From: a virus | Reading direction: 5' to 3' (one strand) | Virus record (IMG/VR): IMGVR_UViG_3300042691_044733 | Coordinates: 62,980-126,979 of that record | Length of the DNA: 64,000 nt | Shown here: positions 46,054 to 55,881 of the stretch, one piece after another | Numbering within the stretch: the stretch's first letter is position 1 | Layout: each line of letters starts with the position of its first letter | Translations under genes and position numbers: made by a program | Notes under the pieces: model-generated | What the model was told of the DNA's origin: nothing | Databases searched by the model: none | The model's input: only the letters and a program-made list of their open reading frames with translations

Positions 46054-47232
46054 TTATTTTCTTGCAAAAATGTTAGAAGTTCTCGGAATGCTTCTACGTT
46101 GGAATTTTTCTTCTTCAATTATTGGAGAAGATTGTCCTTTACTAGATTGTTCAGTTTTTAACATTTTTACTGTTTTTTCTGTAGAGGTTTTTACCCCTAC
46201 TTCTTTTATTTTTGATTTGTATCCTTCAGGATCTGAGAGTAACCATAGTGCTTCAGCAATCAATCCATGATTTGGTTCAACAAATTGGTATTTCTCTAAC
46301 AGGTGTCCTAAAAGATTAGTTTGTTTCCCTGTAATGCTTTGGTATTTAGGTTGGGTTAAACCTTCATATAAGAACTGTTGATTTTTCTTATCTAGTTTAA
46401 TTCCTCCTAATTCACCTGGTTCAATAACTTCAAATACACTTTGCATGTATTTTTTAGCATGAGCTTCTCTAAGTTTTTGATCTTCAGCTTGCTTTTGAAG
46501 TTTTTGATTAACTCTCTCCTCTGCCAAAGCATCCAACTTTGGTTTGAACTTTGAAGCTTTAGATTTAAGTTGATTTAAATCTTTCCAAGATTCAATTTCT
46601 TCTTGGATTTCATTATCATCACCAAAATTTGTAGCTTTCAAATATTCTCTAACTATTTTTTCTTGATCTGATTCAACGTCAAGATTCAACTCTCTAGTTT
46701 CTTCTACTTCAGATAATACTCTAAAAAGACTTTTTAGATCTTTTCCACCTCTTGCAACATATTCAGCAGCCACTTGAATTTCTTCTGGAAGTGACTCAAA
46801 GAATTCTTTAGGTGTAGATTCTTTAATTTGTTTTTCTTTTTCTTTGAAATTTGCTTCAATCAATTCTTGCAGTTCATCTTCTGAGTAATCCTCAATGTCT
46901 TTTTCATCTTCAAAAGGAAATAAAACTCCTGATTCAACAAGTTTTTTAATAACTTTTGCTTCTGCTTTTTTAGAACTTGTCTGTTGCTTAATAGGTTCTT
47001 CTTTTGTAACTGCAACAGATGCTTCATCAGGATCTATTTCTGCAAGCGTCTCTGTAATTTCTTTAGAATCTGTTTTTTCTTCTGGTAGAATAGGATCATT
47101 TACAAATGATGTATCCACACCAGGTTTTTGAAATATCTGGTTTTCTGGAACAATGATATCTTCAGCACTTGGATTCAGAATTGCATCCAGGTCAAGATCA
47201 ACTTGTTCTATTTTAGTATCTACTTGATTCAT
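46054..47232 (-). CDS. Putative capsid scaffolding protein
   Basis: 392 aa, acidic N-terminus, helical; lies between portal and MCP. Confidence 0.6.
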   Translation of the reverse strand: MNQVDTKIEQVDLDLDAILNPSAEDIIVPENQIFQKPGVDTSFVNDPILPEEKTDSKEITETLAEIDPDEASVAVTKEEPIKQQTSSKKAEAKVIKKLVESGVLFPFEDEKDIEDYSEDELQELIEANFKEKEKQIKESTPKEFFESLPEEIQVAAEYVARGGKDLKSLFRVLSEVEETRELNLDVESDQEKIVREYLKATNFGDDNEIQEEIESWKDLNQLKSKASKFKPKLDALAEERVNQKLQKQAEDQKLREAHAKKYMQSVFEVIEPGELGGIKLDKKNQQFLYEGLTQPKYQSITGKQTNLLGHLLEKYQFVEPNHGLIAEALWLLSDPEGYKSKIKEVGVKTSTEKTVKMLKTEQSSKGQSSPIIEEEKFQRRSIPRTSNIFARK

Positions 47233-47331
47233 AATGTTAATTGGTTTTCAATAATAATATAATTTATTTTTTAGGTTTAAACTTTAATAATTTAAAAAAA
47301 ATTAAAAAAGGCGGGAGTCATATAGCTAAAA

Positions 47332-50100
47332 TCATTTCTTTTTCTTTGCATCTTGTTTTAATTTACGTTTTGCCATCAACTCTGCACTTGTTTTATTCTC
47401 TCTCGCAATCATTAAATTATTATCGCTAATTTGTTTTTTCAACTTTAGATCTTCTCTTTTAAGATCTATTACCTGCTTATCATAGTTTTCTTTTGATATT
47501 TGTTTCTGTCTTTCAAGATCCATTGTTTCAGAATACTCTTGTGAAGCTTGAATTCTATCAAGTGCATCAAGATAATCTGAGTTCTGATTTTGATTAAGAT
47601 CTTGCATAGAACCATAACCAGCAGCTTGAATTTGTCTTTCAATGATACGTGCTTCTCTATCTTTCTGATTTTCAGAAGCTTCAAATTGCATATCTTGAAT
47701 TTTCTGTTGCTGTTCAAACTCAAGTTGTTTTTGCTGCATTTCATTTTCATGCTGCATTTCTTGCTGTCTTTGTTGTTCAAGTCTATCTTGAGACTCTTTA
47801 AGAATTCTAGAAACTTCAGAAATACTTTCAGATTTTATAATATTACCAAGATCATAGATACTAGCACCAGAAGTATTGTTTTCTATCGCAAGTCTTTTTA
47901 ATTGCTCTAAAACATTTCTATGATTTGCTTTTGTAGAAATAAAAATATTAAGAGATCTCATTAACAATTCTGTTCCATTTATCTCAAATATCTTTTTCTG
48001 GTTAGCAGTTGTCATATATTGTAATCTAACACTTGGTTTAGTTGAGTTATAATACTGCGCTAGATCAGTTCTCATTTGATGTACTCTTGGCATCAAGTAA
48101 TCACTATGTTGTACAAAATACATCTCAGTTTGTGCATAACTTGCATTGAGAGATTGCTGAATACCTGTAGCGGTTTCTGTGGTTATGTTCTGACCCATTC
48201 TTTGTGGAGTAATGCCTATAACCTCAAATGCTTGCGTTTTAAAGTAATTGGCAAGCTCTACACGAGACATTAACCTTTGGGTTTGTTCAAGGTTTAATGA
48301 TTGAAAATGCTGGAAATTTAAAGCATTTTCTGTATTAGTAATTGTAGTATCAAGAGGTAAGATTTGGAAGTTCTTCATCGCCATGTAAGCCTTAGAGAAA
48401 TTATTTTTACCCCAATCTTCACCCATAGATTTTTTAGGTAATGCATTTTGATCTAGAACAATTATTGTCCCTAATTCGTCAACTAAAATATCTGCAATTT
48501 GATTATTTACAATGTTATATCCAATCTGGAATGGTTTCATTAAATCTACCATTGCTGTAGATCTCATGGATCTATCACTGAATACTGACCCTTCTACAGG
48601 AAGCTTACACCCATACAAGGTAGAATCACCCTTAAATTGAAATTTAAGTGGTCCTATTTTGTTTTGGTTAATTCCTAAGTAGATTGGATTCATTCCTTCT
48701 GGGTTATTTGATCCCCAGAATGAAGGTTTATTAGGTCCTATTTTAATTCCGCCCCAAGTTTGATTTATCCAAATCCACTCAATATGTTCACCAAACACTA
48801 AATTCTTTTCATCTTTATTTTTGTACAATGAAGTATCATAAACAGCCTTGTCAGTTATTTTATAATCCTCATCTACAATTGCTTTAATTATTTCACCTTC
48901 TTCTGTAATCTTCGTAAGATATCCAACCTTTCTTTGTGATTTCCAATATGCTGTAGTGACACGTAATAAATTAGTGTTACCAACATCCATATAATCTTCA
49001 CTTTCACTAAGTATCCAGTTTACAATATCTGTAGTTTGATATCTATCATCATAGGTTGACATAAACTGTCTATAACCTAATGAAGGCATATTTGTATTCC
49101 AGGAGTGAGATTTAGTTGCATCATAAAAAGTACCATCATTTTGATAACCCCCTATAGCATAACCAGCAGATCTTATTGGGAATATTGATTCTAAGGTTTC
49201 TAACTGATCTTGTGTCATTAACCAACCATAGTTGTCAATAACATCAGCAGCAGTCATCATATCAAATTTACCAACCCATTGACTTTCAGATATATATCTC
49301 TTATCTGGTGATTTATGGTAAAATACTAATAGTGGGTTCCATAATTCAATCTCATAATCATCATCCATCATTTTAAAATGCCAGAACTCTCTATCAGTAA
49401 TAAGCATGTCTTTAAATGCTCTTTCTTCAAGTTCTTCCATTTTAAATCTTTCAACATCAATTTGGTGTTGATGATTTGCCCATTCTTCAAATTGTGATCT
49501 ATAACTTTGTTCGTAAAATTGTTGTATTTCAGGTAAATTTTTGATTGCTTCTGGAGAAATCATTTGTTGCATTTCTTCCTCAGAAGGTTCATAACCAGAT
49601 TCTTGTAATTGAAATAGAATTTTAGATTGTGCATCTGCAATTAAAGCTTGTTCAACCTCAGCTCTTTTCTTTTCAAGTAATTCATTATATGAAATATCAT
49701 CAACTGCAATGTAATGAATGTTTGAATTTCTTTTAGCAAACTCAGAAACCAATGTATTTACAACATTAGGAATAATAGGATAAAATTTAAGTTCTAATGC
49801 ACCATTATCTTCTTCTACTAAATTACTTATAAGATCTGAATATTCTGTATCTGATTCTACTATATAGTCGGTTTTATCAATTATACCCTTTGCCAGTTTA
49901 TAATTCTTTTGAAGTCTTCTTGCATTTCTTCTGACATGCATTAAACCTCTCCATTCCAGCCAATCCATGTTCCATTGAGTCCACTCCTCATCCTTTTCAA
50001 TTCTTGGTAGAAATTGAACTGGTTGCGTAAGAGTACCCATCCTATTGTTCTTTTCTACCTTTGCCCCATTCTTGAGCTGTAAACCATTATAAATTTTCAC
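47332..50100 (-). CDS. Portal protein
   Basis: 922 aa directly after terL. YPIIPNVVNTLVSE, LMKPFQIGYNIVNNQI, GITPQRMG; Q-rich C-terminal barrel. Confidence 0.9.
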   Translation of the reverse strand: MKIYNGLQLKNGAKVEKNNRMGTLTQPVQFLPRIEKDEEWTQWNMDWLEWRGLMHVRRNARRLQKNYKLAKGIIDKTDYIVESDTEYSDLISNLVEEDNGALELKFYPIIPNVVNTLVSEFAKRNSNIHYIAVDDISYNELLEKKRAEVEQALIADAQSKILFQLQESGYEPSEEEMQQMISPEAIKNLPEIQQFYEQSYRSQFEEWANHQHQIDVERFKMEELEERAFKDMLITDREFWHFKMMDDDYEIELWNPLLVFYHKSPDKRYISESQWVGKFDMMTAADVIDNYGWLMTQDQLETLESIFPIRSAGYAIGGYQNDGTFYDATKSHSWNTNMPSLGYRQFMSTYDDRYQTTDIVNWILSESEDYMDVGNTNLLRVTTAYWKSQRKVGYLTKITEEGEIIKAIVDEDYKITDKAVYDTSLYKNKDEKNLVFGEHIEWIWINQTWGGIKIGPNKPSFWGSNNPEGMNPIYLGINQNKIGPLKFQFKGDSTLYGCKLPVEGSVFSDRSMRSTAMVDLMKPFQIGYNIVNNQIADILVDELGTIIVLDQNALPKKSMGEDWGKNNFSKAYMAMKNFQILPLDTTITNTENALNFQHFQSLNLEQTQRLMSRVELANYFKTQAFEVIGITPQRMGQNITTETATGIQQSLNASYAQTEMYFVQHSDYLMPRVHQMRTDLAQYYNSTKPSVRLQYMTTANQKKIFEINGTELLMRSLNIFISTKANHRNVLEQLKRLAIENNTSGASIYDLGNIIKSESISEVSRILKESQDRLEQQRQQEMQHENEMQQKQLEFEQQQKIQDMQFEASENQKDREARIIERQIQAAGYGSMQDLNQNQNSDYLDALDRIQASQEYSETMDLERQKQISKENYDKQVIDLKREDLKLKKQISDNNLMIARENKTSAELMAKRKLKQDAKKKK

Positions 50101-50101
50101 G

Positions 50102-52276
50102 TTATCTTAAATTTTTAAAAAGAGATCTGTGCGAAGTACTCCTACCAATATGATTAAATGGTAATACCTCTAATTTACTAAATTTTTTTGAATTTTGCAA
50201 CTTATCATTATCATTTTCAACATGTCGTTTTTTATAACCTTTATTTGCTTGTTGAATTTTAACAAACGCAATGAGTGCTGCAAATGAAACTAACCTATCC
50301 ACGTTGAGATCTTCTTGATAATTTTTCATTTCTGCAAGCAGCATTTTATCAGGTATTCTCTCAACTCCATAAGTTATTTTTTTAATTTTACCATCATTAA
50401 ATTCCTCTACCGCTAATTCCTCACGCAGATATTCTACAGCATAACCAAGTAAATTATCTTTAAATAATCTACCCATGTTTCTCCATCCATATTCTTGATA
50501 ACCATTTGCGCCAGATGCTAAATCTTTTAGAAAAACCATTTGATCTTTTGGTACCAAGTATTTCTGTTTTTTATGTTCAATCATGTATTGTATAAAACTA
50601 TACACGTTATTTTCTACAATTGTCCATGCATTATACCATTCGATCAAATGTAATAATCTTTCATGCGTTTTATTAATATCATCAAATCTACCACACCAAG
50701 CAGCAACTATTTTACCTTCTTCTACGTGTGAAGTAAATCCATCTGGAGTTTTTGTAGTTACTTCTACTGAATTCTTATAGATATAAATAGAACACAATGA
50801 TTCTGAAGTTGATGTTTTACCAACTGCTACTGGGTCAACTGATGCATAATATAATCCCCATTCAGGATCTTTTAGAGGTCTTTCCCATACTACTATAGAT
50901 CCTTCCTTATTCTCTGAGGATTTAGGAAATGGAAATTCTGATATTGGTAATTTATCAGTTCCCTTTGCAACTATTTCACCTTTTTCATTTTTATACAAAT
51001 CAACAAATTCAAATGGATAATCCTTATTATCAATTCTGATTTCTTGAGCTTGAATTAAATGCTGTGGGAATATGGATACGGTTCTATAGTCAAATGCTTC
51101 TTTAATGTTTCTTGGATTCTGAGAAACCCTTAACTGATACTGATCGGGTGGTAATTCTTTTTTCCATTTTGCAAATTGCTCATTTAGTGCTTCAAGTGCT
51201 TGTTCGACTTGGGAATTACCATATTGATCTATATATGGTAACATAGACCATTGTTCTGGTATAAATAAACCAGATCTTCCTATAGTTCCTTTGTCATCAA
51301 TTAAATTTGTTTCTACACTGTAGATATCATTTCTATCTGGAAATAAGGTTAATTCTTTAAGTGGATCACACTGATCCAAATCACCCACAGATCCAGCTGC
51401 AATAAACATACCTGTAGTAACCATACCAGCTTTTAAAGCAGGTCTCATATAACCATAAGTTTGATCCATTTTAGGAGCAATACCAGCCTCCTCATGAAAG
51501 AAGTATTTTACAGGTCCACCAACACCAGTTGTTGCATCCTTTTCAAAAGACATACCTTGTAGAGTACCTTTTAAACCAACTTCCGCTTTCTTGTTATTTT
51601 TCCTAACCTCAATCTTTTGTTGCCACATCAAAACCTTATTGGGGTTCATCGGTCTATACCATGCAGTATGCTCATTTAGGAATGCAGCATATTCATTGAA
51701 GAATCTCCAAGTACCTTTTTCATTTATATAATCTTTTAGGTTAGCACCAATTTTTAATGTTACCCCTTCTTCAAACCATAATTGATTTATTAATTTACCT
51801 GCATGGTAATAACTGGATGCAAACTGACGTTTCTTTAGAATACTACAGTGTTTATAATGTAACTCTGCTAAAGTTTCATAGAGTGCCATATGATACTGAC
51901 CATCACGTACTTTAGCAAAACCAAATTTTTGTTCCTCTTTGTCAAAGATTGGTAGAAAATTTAACCACATATAATAATCTCTAGGAATATACCAGGTTTC
52001 TCTATCATCTCTAAAAATTACTCCTTTTCTGCATTTTGATTTTTGGTCATCCCAGTATTTTAAATAATCCTTGGTATTTTTTGGTGTTTCGGAATAAAAA
52101 CCATCCCTATTGAAATTACGTGCTTGTTCATTAAACAAGAGACTAATCTCATTAAAGTTATAATAACCTGGTTCTCTAAATAATGGTTTTACGAAGTTTT
52201 TAAGATCTTCTTTGTTCTTAAACCCTTCGTAATCCCATTTACCACCCGAAAATGAAGGGATAATTATTTCTTCCAT
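50102..52276 (-). CDS. terL: Terminase large subunit
   Basis: LKKRQFASSY Walker A variant, FFHEEAG Walker B, YYASVDPV and NVDRLVS RNase H-like nuclease motifs. Confidence 0.93.
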   Translation of the reverse strand: MEEIIIPSFSGGKWDYEGFKNKEDLKNFVKPLFREPGYYNFNEISLLFNEQARNFNRDGFYSETPKNTKDYLKYWDDQKSKCRKGVIFRDDRETWYIPRDYYMWLNFLPIFDKEEQKFGFAKVRDGQYHMALYETLAELHYKHCSILKKRQFASSYYHAGKLINQLWFEEGVTLKIGANLKDYINEKGTWRFFNEYAAFLNEHTAWYRPMNPNKVLMWQQKIEVRKNNKKAEVGLKGTLQGMSFEKDATTGVGGPVKYFFHEEAGIAPKMDQTYGYMRPALKAGMVTTGMFIAAGSVGDLDQCDPLKELTLFPDRNDIYSVETNLIDDKGTIGRSGLFIPEQWSMLPYIDQYGNSQVEQALEALNEQFAKWKKELPPDQYQLRVSQNPRNIKEAFDYRTVSIFPQHLIQAQEIRIDNKDYPFEFVDLYKNEKGEIVAKGTDKLPISEFPFPKSSENKEGSIVVWERPLKDPEWGLYYASVDPVAVGKTSTSESLCSIYIYKNSVEVTTKTPDGFTSHVEEGKIVAAWCGRFDDINKTHERLLHLIEWYNAWTIVENNVYSFIQYMIEHKKQKYLVPKDQMVFLKDLASGANGYQEYGWRNMGRLFKDNLLGYAVEYLREELAVEEFNDGKIKKITYGVERIPDKMLLAEMKNYQEDLNVDRLVSFAALIAFVKIQQANKGYKKRHVENDNDKLQNSKKFSKLEVLPFNHIGRSTSHRSLFKNLR

Positions 52277-52692
52277 CTACTTATTGATTTTTGAAGTTGT
52301 CCAAAAAGATAACCTTGCAAATATGCATATGCTTCCTCTGAACCATTATTAAACTGTAAACCTCTACTACTCATCAGAACTGCAATAACATGGAGCATTT
52401 CATGCGCCATATCATCATAATCTGATGAGGAACCATTTTGATAATAGTAAAATCTAACAAAAATTGGTGATTGAGGATTATACCATATTGTTTGTGCATT
52501 TGCAGTATCTGGTGTACATGGTTCTAATATAAACTTTTTAGTTTCTGGATTTATATCCTTACCTGTAACAAGTTTATGTTGTACCATACTTTTCCAATAT
52601 TGCTCATCAGTTTGATTAAAACTGAAACAAATTTTTTTTCTGTAGAGTGGAACATCCACTATAATAAATTTATTTTTTATTGTTTTTTTCAT
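52264..52692 (-). CDS. Small zincin-like (HExxH) protein
   Basis: MAHEMLHVI...EEAYAYLQGYL. Confidence 0.6.
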   Translation of the reverse strand: MKKTIKNKFIIVDVPLYRKKICFSFNQTDEQYWKSMVQHKLVTGKDINPETKKFILEPCTPDTANAQTIWYNPQSPIFVRFYYYQNGSSSDYDDMAHEMLHVIAVLMSSRGLQFNNGSEEAYAYLQGYLFGQLQKSISRWKK

Positions 52693-53204
52693 ATTTGGTC
52701 ATATGCTAAAGATTGATCACCGCGAACAACACTTGCTTGTTCATCTTTTAAATCACTATAAATTCCTTTATAGCTTTGTCTAACATCATTAAACTGTTTT
52801 GCTAAAGAAAGTATTTGAGTAACATTACCATCTTTTCCATCTCTAAACTTCGTAGTGTTTAAATAATCTGCCATGTTATCAAGTGCTTTCTTAATAGCAT
52901 AATATGCTCTAGAGGTCTCAGTTTCAAATAATTTATTACAAACTTCAATTGCTCTTTGAATGACAGGTTCATCTAATGAAAAATCAATATCTAATTCTTC
53001 AATAATCAACTCTTCTTTATCTTCTTCTGTCATATGAAAGAATGGATTATTTTCTTCAGTCTGAGATGTCATGTAGAAAATATACTGATAAACTTTAAGG
53101 TAATCATCAGGATATTCTTCCATAATTGCCTTTAATGACTTTAAAGTATAACAATGTTCTGTAGGTATTACCTTACTATTTTGTATGTCAAAAAGTTTAA
53201 TCAT
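52689..53204 (-). CDS. Conserved protein upstream of terL (possible terminase small subunit)
   Basis: 171 aa helical protein; call from position only. Confidence 0.45.
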   Translation of the reverse strand: MIKLFDIQNSKVIPTEHCYTLKSLKAIMEEYPDDYLKVYQYIFYMTSQTEENNPFFHMTEEDKEELIIEELDIDFSLDEPVIQRAIEVCNKLFETETSRAYYAIKKALDNMADYLNTTKFRDGKDGNVTQILSLAKQFNDVRQSYKGIYSDLKDEQASVVRGDQSLAYDQI

Positions 53205-54010
53205 TTCTTTAAATGTTTTATTACTGCAATTACTTCATTTTTCAAATAAGGTAACTCATAATGAACTATATCTTCAATTATTGGATTATTATTTTCGTCG
53301 TAAATATACAATTTATTTCCATATTGATCTTCTCCTTCTGATTTAAAAATTATATGGTCTAAGATAAGTTTACCAGGCTTAAGTTTTGGGTTATGCTTTA
53401 GAATCATGTACATGTACAAACTTAACTGTAATGCATAATGCCAATAATTAGCGTCAGGTATATGAGTTAATGGCTCAAGCATGCACTTTTTAATCCCATC
53501 CCAACTCGTATAAGAATCTATTTTAATCTCTTTATTTGTTTTAAAGTCATATATATCAACTATTCCATTTATAACTTCAACCCTATCAGATTGACCACAA
53601 ATACCAGCAGATTTTAAATAAACAAAATGTTCTGGGTATATACCATCTGATAGTTTCTGTTCAGGGGCATATTTAAGTCCATTCTTCACAATTGGTTTTA
53701 TAATTGGAAGTACAACATCCTTTTTTGTTATAGTAGAAAATTCAAGGATATCAGATTCTCTTTGATTATGATACCACGTACCAGTTGCCATAGATCTTTC
53801 TGATTCAGCTCTCCAAATTGCAATTATCTCATCTGGTTTTAAACCATACCATTTAGATTTTTTATTTTTAGAGCATTTATCTGCTATCGCAGCCTCATCA
53901 AATTTTTCTTTAAATTTTGAAACTACTGACGTTACACTGGTCCATTCTATGTTTTCAGAATCATTAGAACTAGTGTACTTATGTTTTATTGGTTCAAATA
54001 TTACGCTCAT
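53201..54010 (-). CDS. PD-(D/E)xK exonuclease (RecB/Cas4-like)
   Basis: SVTSVV, GTWYH, GQSDRV..IYDFKTN, YALQLSLY motifs. Confidence 0.85.
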   Translation of the reverse strand: MSVIFEPIKHKYTSSNDSENIEWTSVTSVVSKFKEKFDEAAIADKCSKNKKSKWYGLKPDEIIAIWRAESERSMATGTWYHNQRESDILEFSTITKKDVVLPIIKPIVKNGLKYAPEQKLSDGIYPEHFVYLKSAGICGQSDRVEVINGIVDIYDFKTNKEIKIDSYTSWDGIKKCMLEPLTHIPDANYWHYALQLSLYMYMILKHNPKLKPGKLILDHIIFKSEGEDQYGNKLYIYDENNNPIIEDIVHYELPYLKNEVIAVIKHLKK

Positions 54011-54197
54011 TTAATTTAATTAATATTAAGTCATATGCTAAATTCCTAGAACTTTCATCACTAGAATCTATCATTTTTAAAATTGTTTCTTTTTCATGTT
54101 TTTCAAAAGAAGAAGATTGTAAAAAGTGTTTAAATGCCTCTCTTTTAAAAAGATCCTCGAAATTTTTATAACCTTTTTCTCCCGTGTATATTACCAT
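53994..54197 (-). CDS. Hypothetical protein
   Basis: 67-aa ORF filling an operon gap with a coupled stop/start. Confidence 0.55.
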   Translation of the reverse strand: MVIYTGEKGYKNFEDLFKREAFKHFLQSSSFEKHEKETILKMIDSSDESSRNLAYDLILIKLNERNI

Positions 54198-54231
54198 TTT
54201 CTTAATTGTATATTCATAATCAATTATTTCC

Positions 54232-54549
54232 TTACTGATTGTTGTCCAATGTTTTATTTAATTTATCTTCTTCATCTTCTGTTAAAACGGCTTTCCATTT
54301 ATCTACTGGACAATCTGAAGATAAAGATCTGAGTTTGAATTTTAAACTGCAACCACACTTTCCACAACAAGGTTGTGTATTTGGCATTGCACACTTCTCT
54401 CCAGTTTTATCTATGAACTCACATCCTTTACAGATTTCTAATCTCTCGTTATAAATCTCTTCAATATGTTCCTTCTTGAACATCGCGTTCTTGATCCCCT
54501 CCAGAATCTTCTCCCGATTTTTCCAAATATTTGTAATATTGTTTTCCAT
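54232..54549 (-). CDS. Small Cys-rich (Zn/Fe-S) protein
   Basis: RLEICKGC..C...CCGKCGC..K..CPVDKW. Confidence 0.7.
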   Translation of the reverse strand: MENNITNIWKNREKILEGIKNAMFKKEHIEEIYNERLEICKGCEFIDKTGEKCAMPNTQPCCGKCGCSLKFKLRSLSSDCPVDKWKAVLTEDEEDKLNKTLDNNQ

Positions 54550-54910
54550 ATCGTTGTTTTAATTTCTCCTGGTCTTTCCTATAAAGAGTATCATTTTTAG
54601 ATAGTATTTCTCTAAGTATTTCTAACTCTTTTTTTAGTTTATTATACCTACTATACTTTTCAAATGAGTCTCCTTTTGATTCATAGAACTTTATTTTATC
54701 TTGTATGAAAAGTATCTTTTGTAAAAGTTTTTTTCTACGAATTTTAAAAGATCCTAAACCAGAAACATTTATCTCAGCATCTTTTTTATCTTCCAATGCT
54801 TTTCTAACGTGCAACCAGTAAAAATCAAGTAGATCTTTAACAAGCTCACAGTTTGAGTTTAGTTGATTAATGTTCTCATCAACTATTTGTTTGCTCTTTT
54901 TCGGTGTCAA
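54461..54910 (-). CDS. IHF/HU-like protein
   Basis: VKDLLDFYWLHVRKAL..EINVSGLGSFKI HU-like signature. Confidence 0.6.
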   Translation of the reverse strand: MTPKKSKQIVDENINQLNSNCELVKDLLDFYWLHVRKALEDKKDAEINVSGLGSFKIRRKKLLQKILFIQDKIKFYESKGDSFEKYSRYNKLKKELEILREILSKNDTLYRKDQEKLKQRYGKQYYKYLEKSGEDSGGDQERDVQEGTY

Positions 54911-55262
54911 CTCTTATGCATTTATAGTTTAATAAAATATTACCAGAGGTTTGTATATTCATGTCTGGATTTAATTTAATTCTCTTTCTGTTTTTATTAA
55001 TCTTTGTAATTAGATTTTTCTTTTCATTTTTCGTTAGTGAATTTCTTACAGATTGATCGCTACTAAATATTTTTTGTTTAGTAGCGATCATACAAAAATC
55101 TGTAATTTCTTTCTCCCCTGAAAGGGCTAAAAGAGTCAAACAATTTAAATCTAGATCAGATACACTTATCTTATTAAAATTACAATGCATACTTATTTGG
55201 AATTTTACAATATCCCAAAGATTCATTCTAATTTTTTTAGTTACCTGATTTACTATTGCCAT
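54879..55262 (-). CDS. Putative winged-helix DNA-binding protein
   Basis: Likely start MAIVNQV at 55262 (ORF track 54879..55319). SDQSVRNSLTKNEKKNLITK..IKLNP resembles a wHTH. Confidence 0.5.
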   Translation of the reverse strand: MAIVNQVTKKIRMNLWDIVKFQISMHCNFNKISVSDLDLNCLTLLALSGEKEITDFCMIATKQKIFSSDQSVRNSLTKNEKKNLITKINKNRKRIKLNPDMNIQTSGNILLNYKCIRVDTEKEQTNS

Positions 55263-55455
55263 CTTGTTGATTGGATTTTTCTTCTGTACCAGTAAGTTCT
55301 GCATACTTTTGCATTGCAATATACTTATCTCGTCTCAGCATTTCTATTTCTGTAGCCATTCTTTCAAATTCAAGTTGAAGTTTTAAAAATGGGATTTGTT
55401 CCTCGTAGAATTTTTTAATTCTTTCTCTTTGTTCTTTTATTTGATTGTTATCCAT
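55237..55455 (-). CDS. Hypothetical coiled-coil protein
   Basis: 72-aa ORF coupled to its neighbours. Confidence 0.55.
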   Translation of the reverse strand: MDNNQIKEQRERIKKFYEEQIPFLKLQLEFERMATEIEMLRRDKYIAMQKYAELTGTEEKSNQQDGNSKSGN

Positions 55456-55768
55456 TGAATGTAAGGTATTTTACAGTTAACATTTGAGCTTTAAGAATTT
55501 CTTGAATTGCGTCTTCAAGAACAAATCTTTTAATTAGAAAAGAATCATAATCACTAACATCATTAAGTGTTTTAAATGTTTGAGATCTTTCCTTACTTAC
55601 TTCCATTACTAAATCAGCAAGCTCTGCACAAAGTTCTTTTGCTCTATGTACTTTAGGATCCCCAGATGGATTAAAGGTTAATCCTACAAGCTTCTCACCA
55701 AATGTCATAGTCCTATTGGTTTGGGTATCTGGTTGTGATTGGTTATTTTGTTCCATTGTTATATTCAT
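55448..55768 (-). CDS. Acb2/Tad1-like helical hairpin protein (candidate immune-signal sponge)
   Basis: TFGEKLVGLTFNPSGDPKV..KELCAELAD..AIQEILKAQMLTVKYLT. True start must lie downstream of the promoter at 55791 (ATG at 55768 or 55756). Confidence 0.55.
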   Translation of the reverse strand: MNITMEQNNQSQPDTQTNRTMTFGEKLVGLTFNPSGDPKVHRAKELCAELADLVMEVSKERSQTFKTLNDVSDYDSFLIKRFVLEDAIQEILKAQMLTVKYLTFNG

Positions 55769-55790
55769 ATTGTTTATTGATATTACAATA

Positions 55791-55821
55791 CAAATATACG
55801 TCAAAAGTTTAAACTTCCAAA
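55791..55821 (-). promoter_or_regulatory. Bacteroidota housekeeping-type promoter (-33 TTTG / -7 TAnnTTTG)
   Basis: Minus strand reads TTTG-19 nt-TATATTTG; the spacer contains the palindrome AAGTTTAAACTT. Confidence 0.75.
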
Positions 55822-55830
55822 ATTTAAAAT

Positions 55831-55857
55831 AAAAAATCCAGAAAATTTTCTGGATTT
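55831..55857 (-). terminator. Palindromic hairpin/terminator after the lysis genes
   Basis: Perfect 24-bp palindrome AAATCCAGAAAATTTTCTGGATTT with a U-tract on the minus strand. Confidence 0.6.
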
Positions 55858-55881
55858 AAACTTTAAATATTTATAGTAGTG

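Noticed and set aside
43787-52276. Introns or inteins in terL, portal or MCP
   Set aside because: The ORFs are uninterrupted and of plausible size, with no intein C..HN or LAGLIDADG motifs noticed; the endonuclease is intergenic.
53201-54010. Cas4 / CRISPR adaptation gene
   Set aside because: It has PD-(D/E)xK motifs but lacks the four-Cys Fe-S pattern and any CRISPR context; it is an ordinary phage exonuclease.
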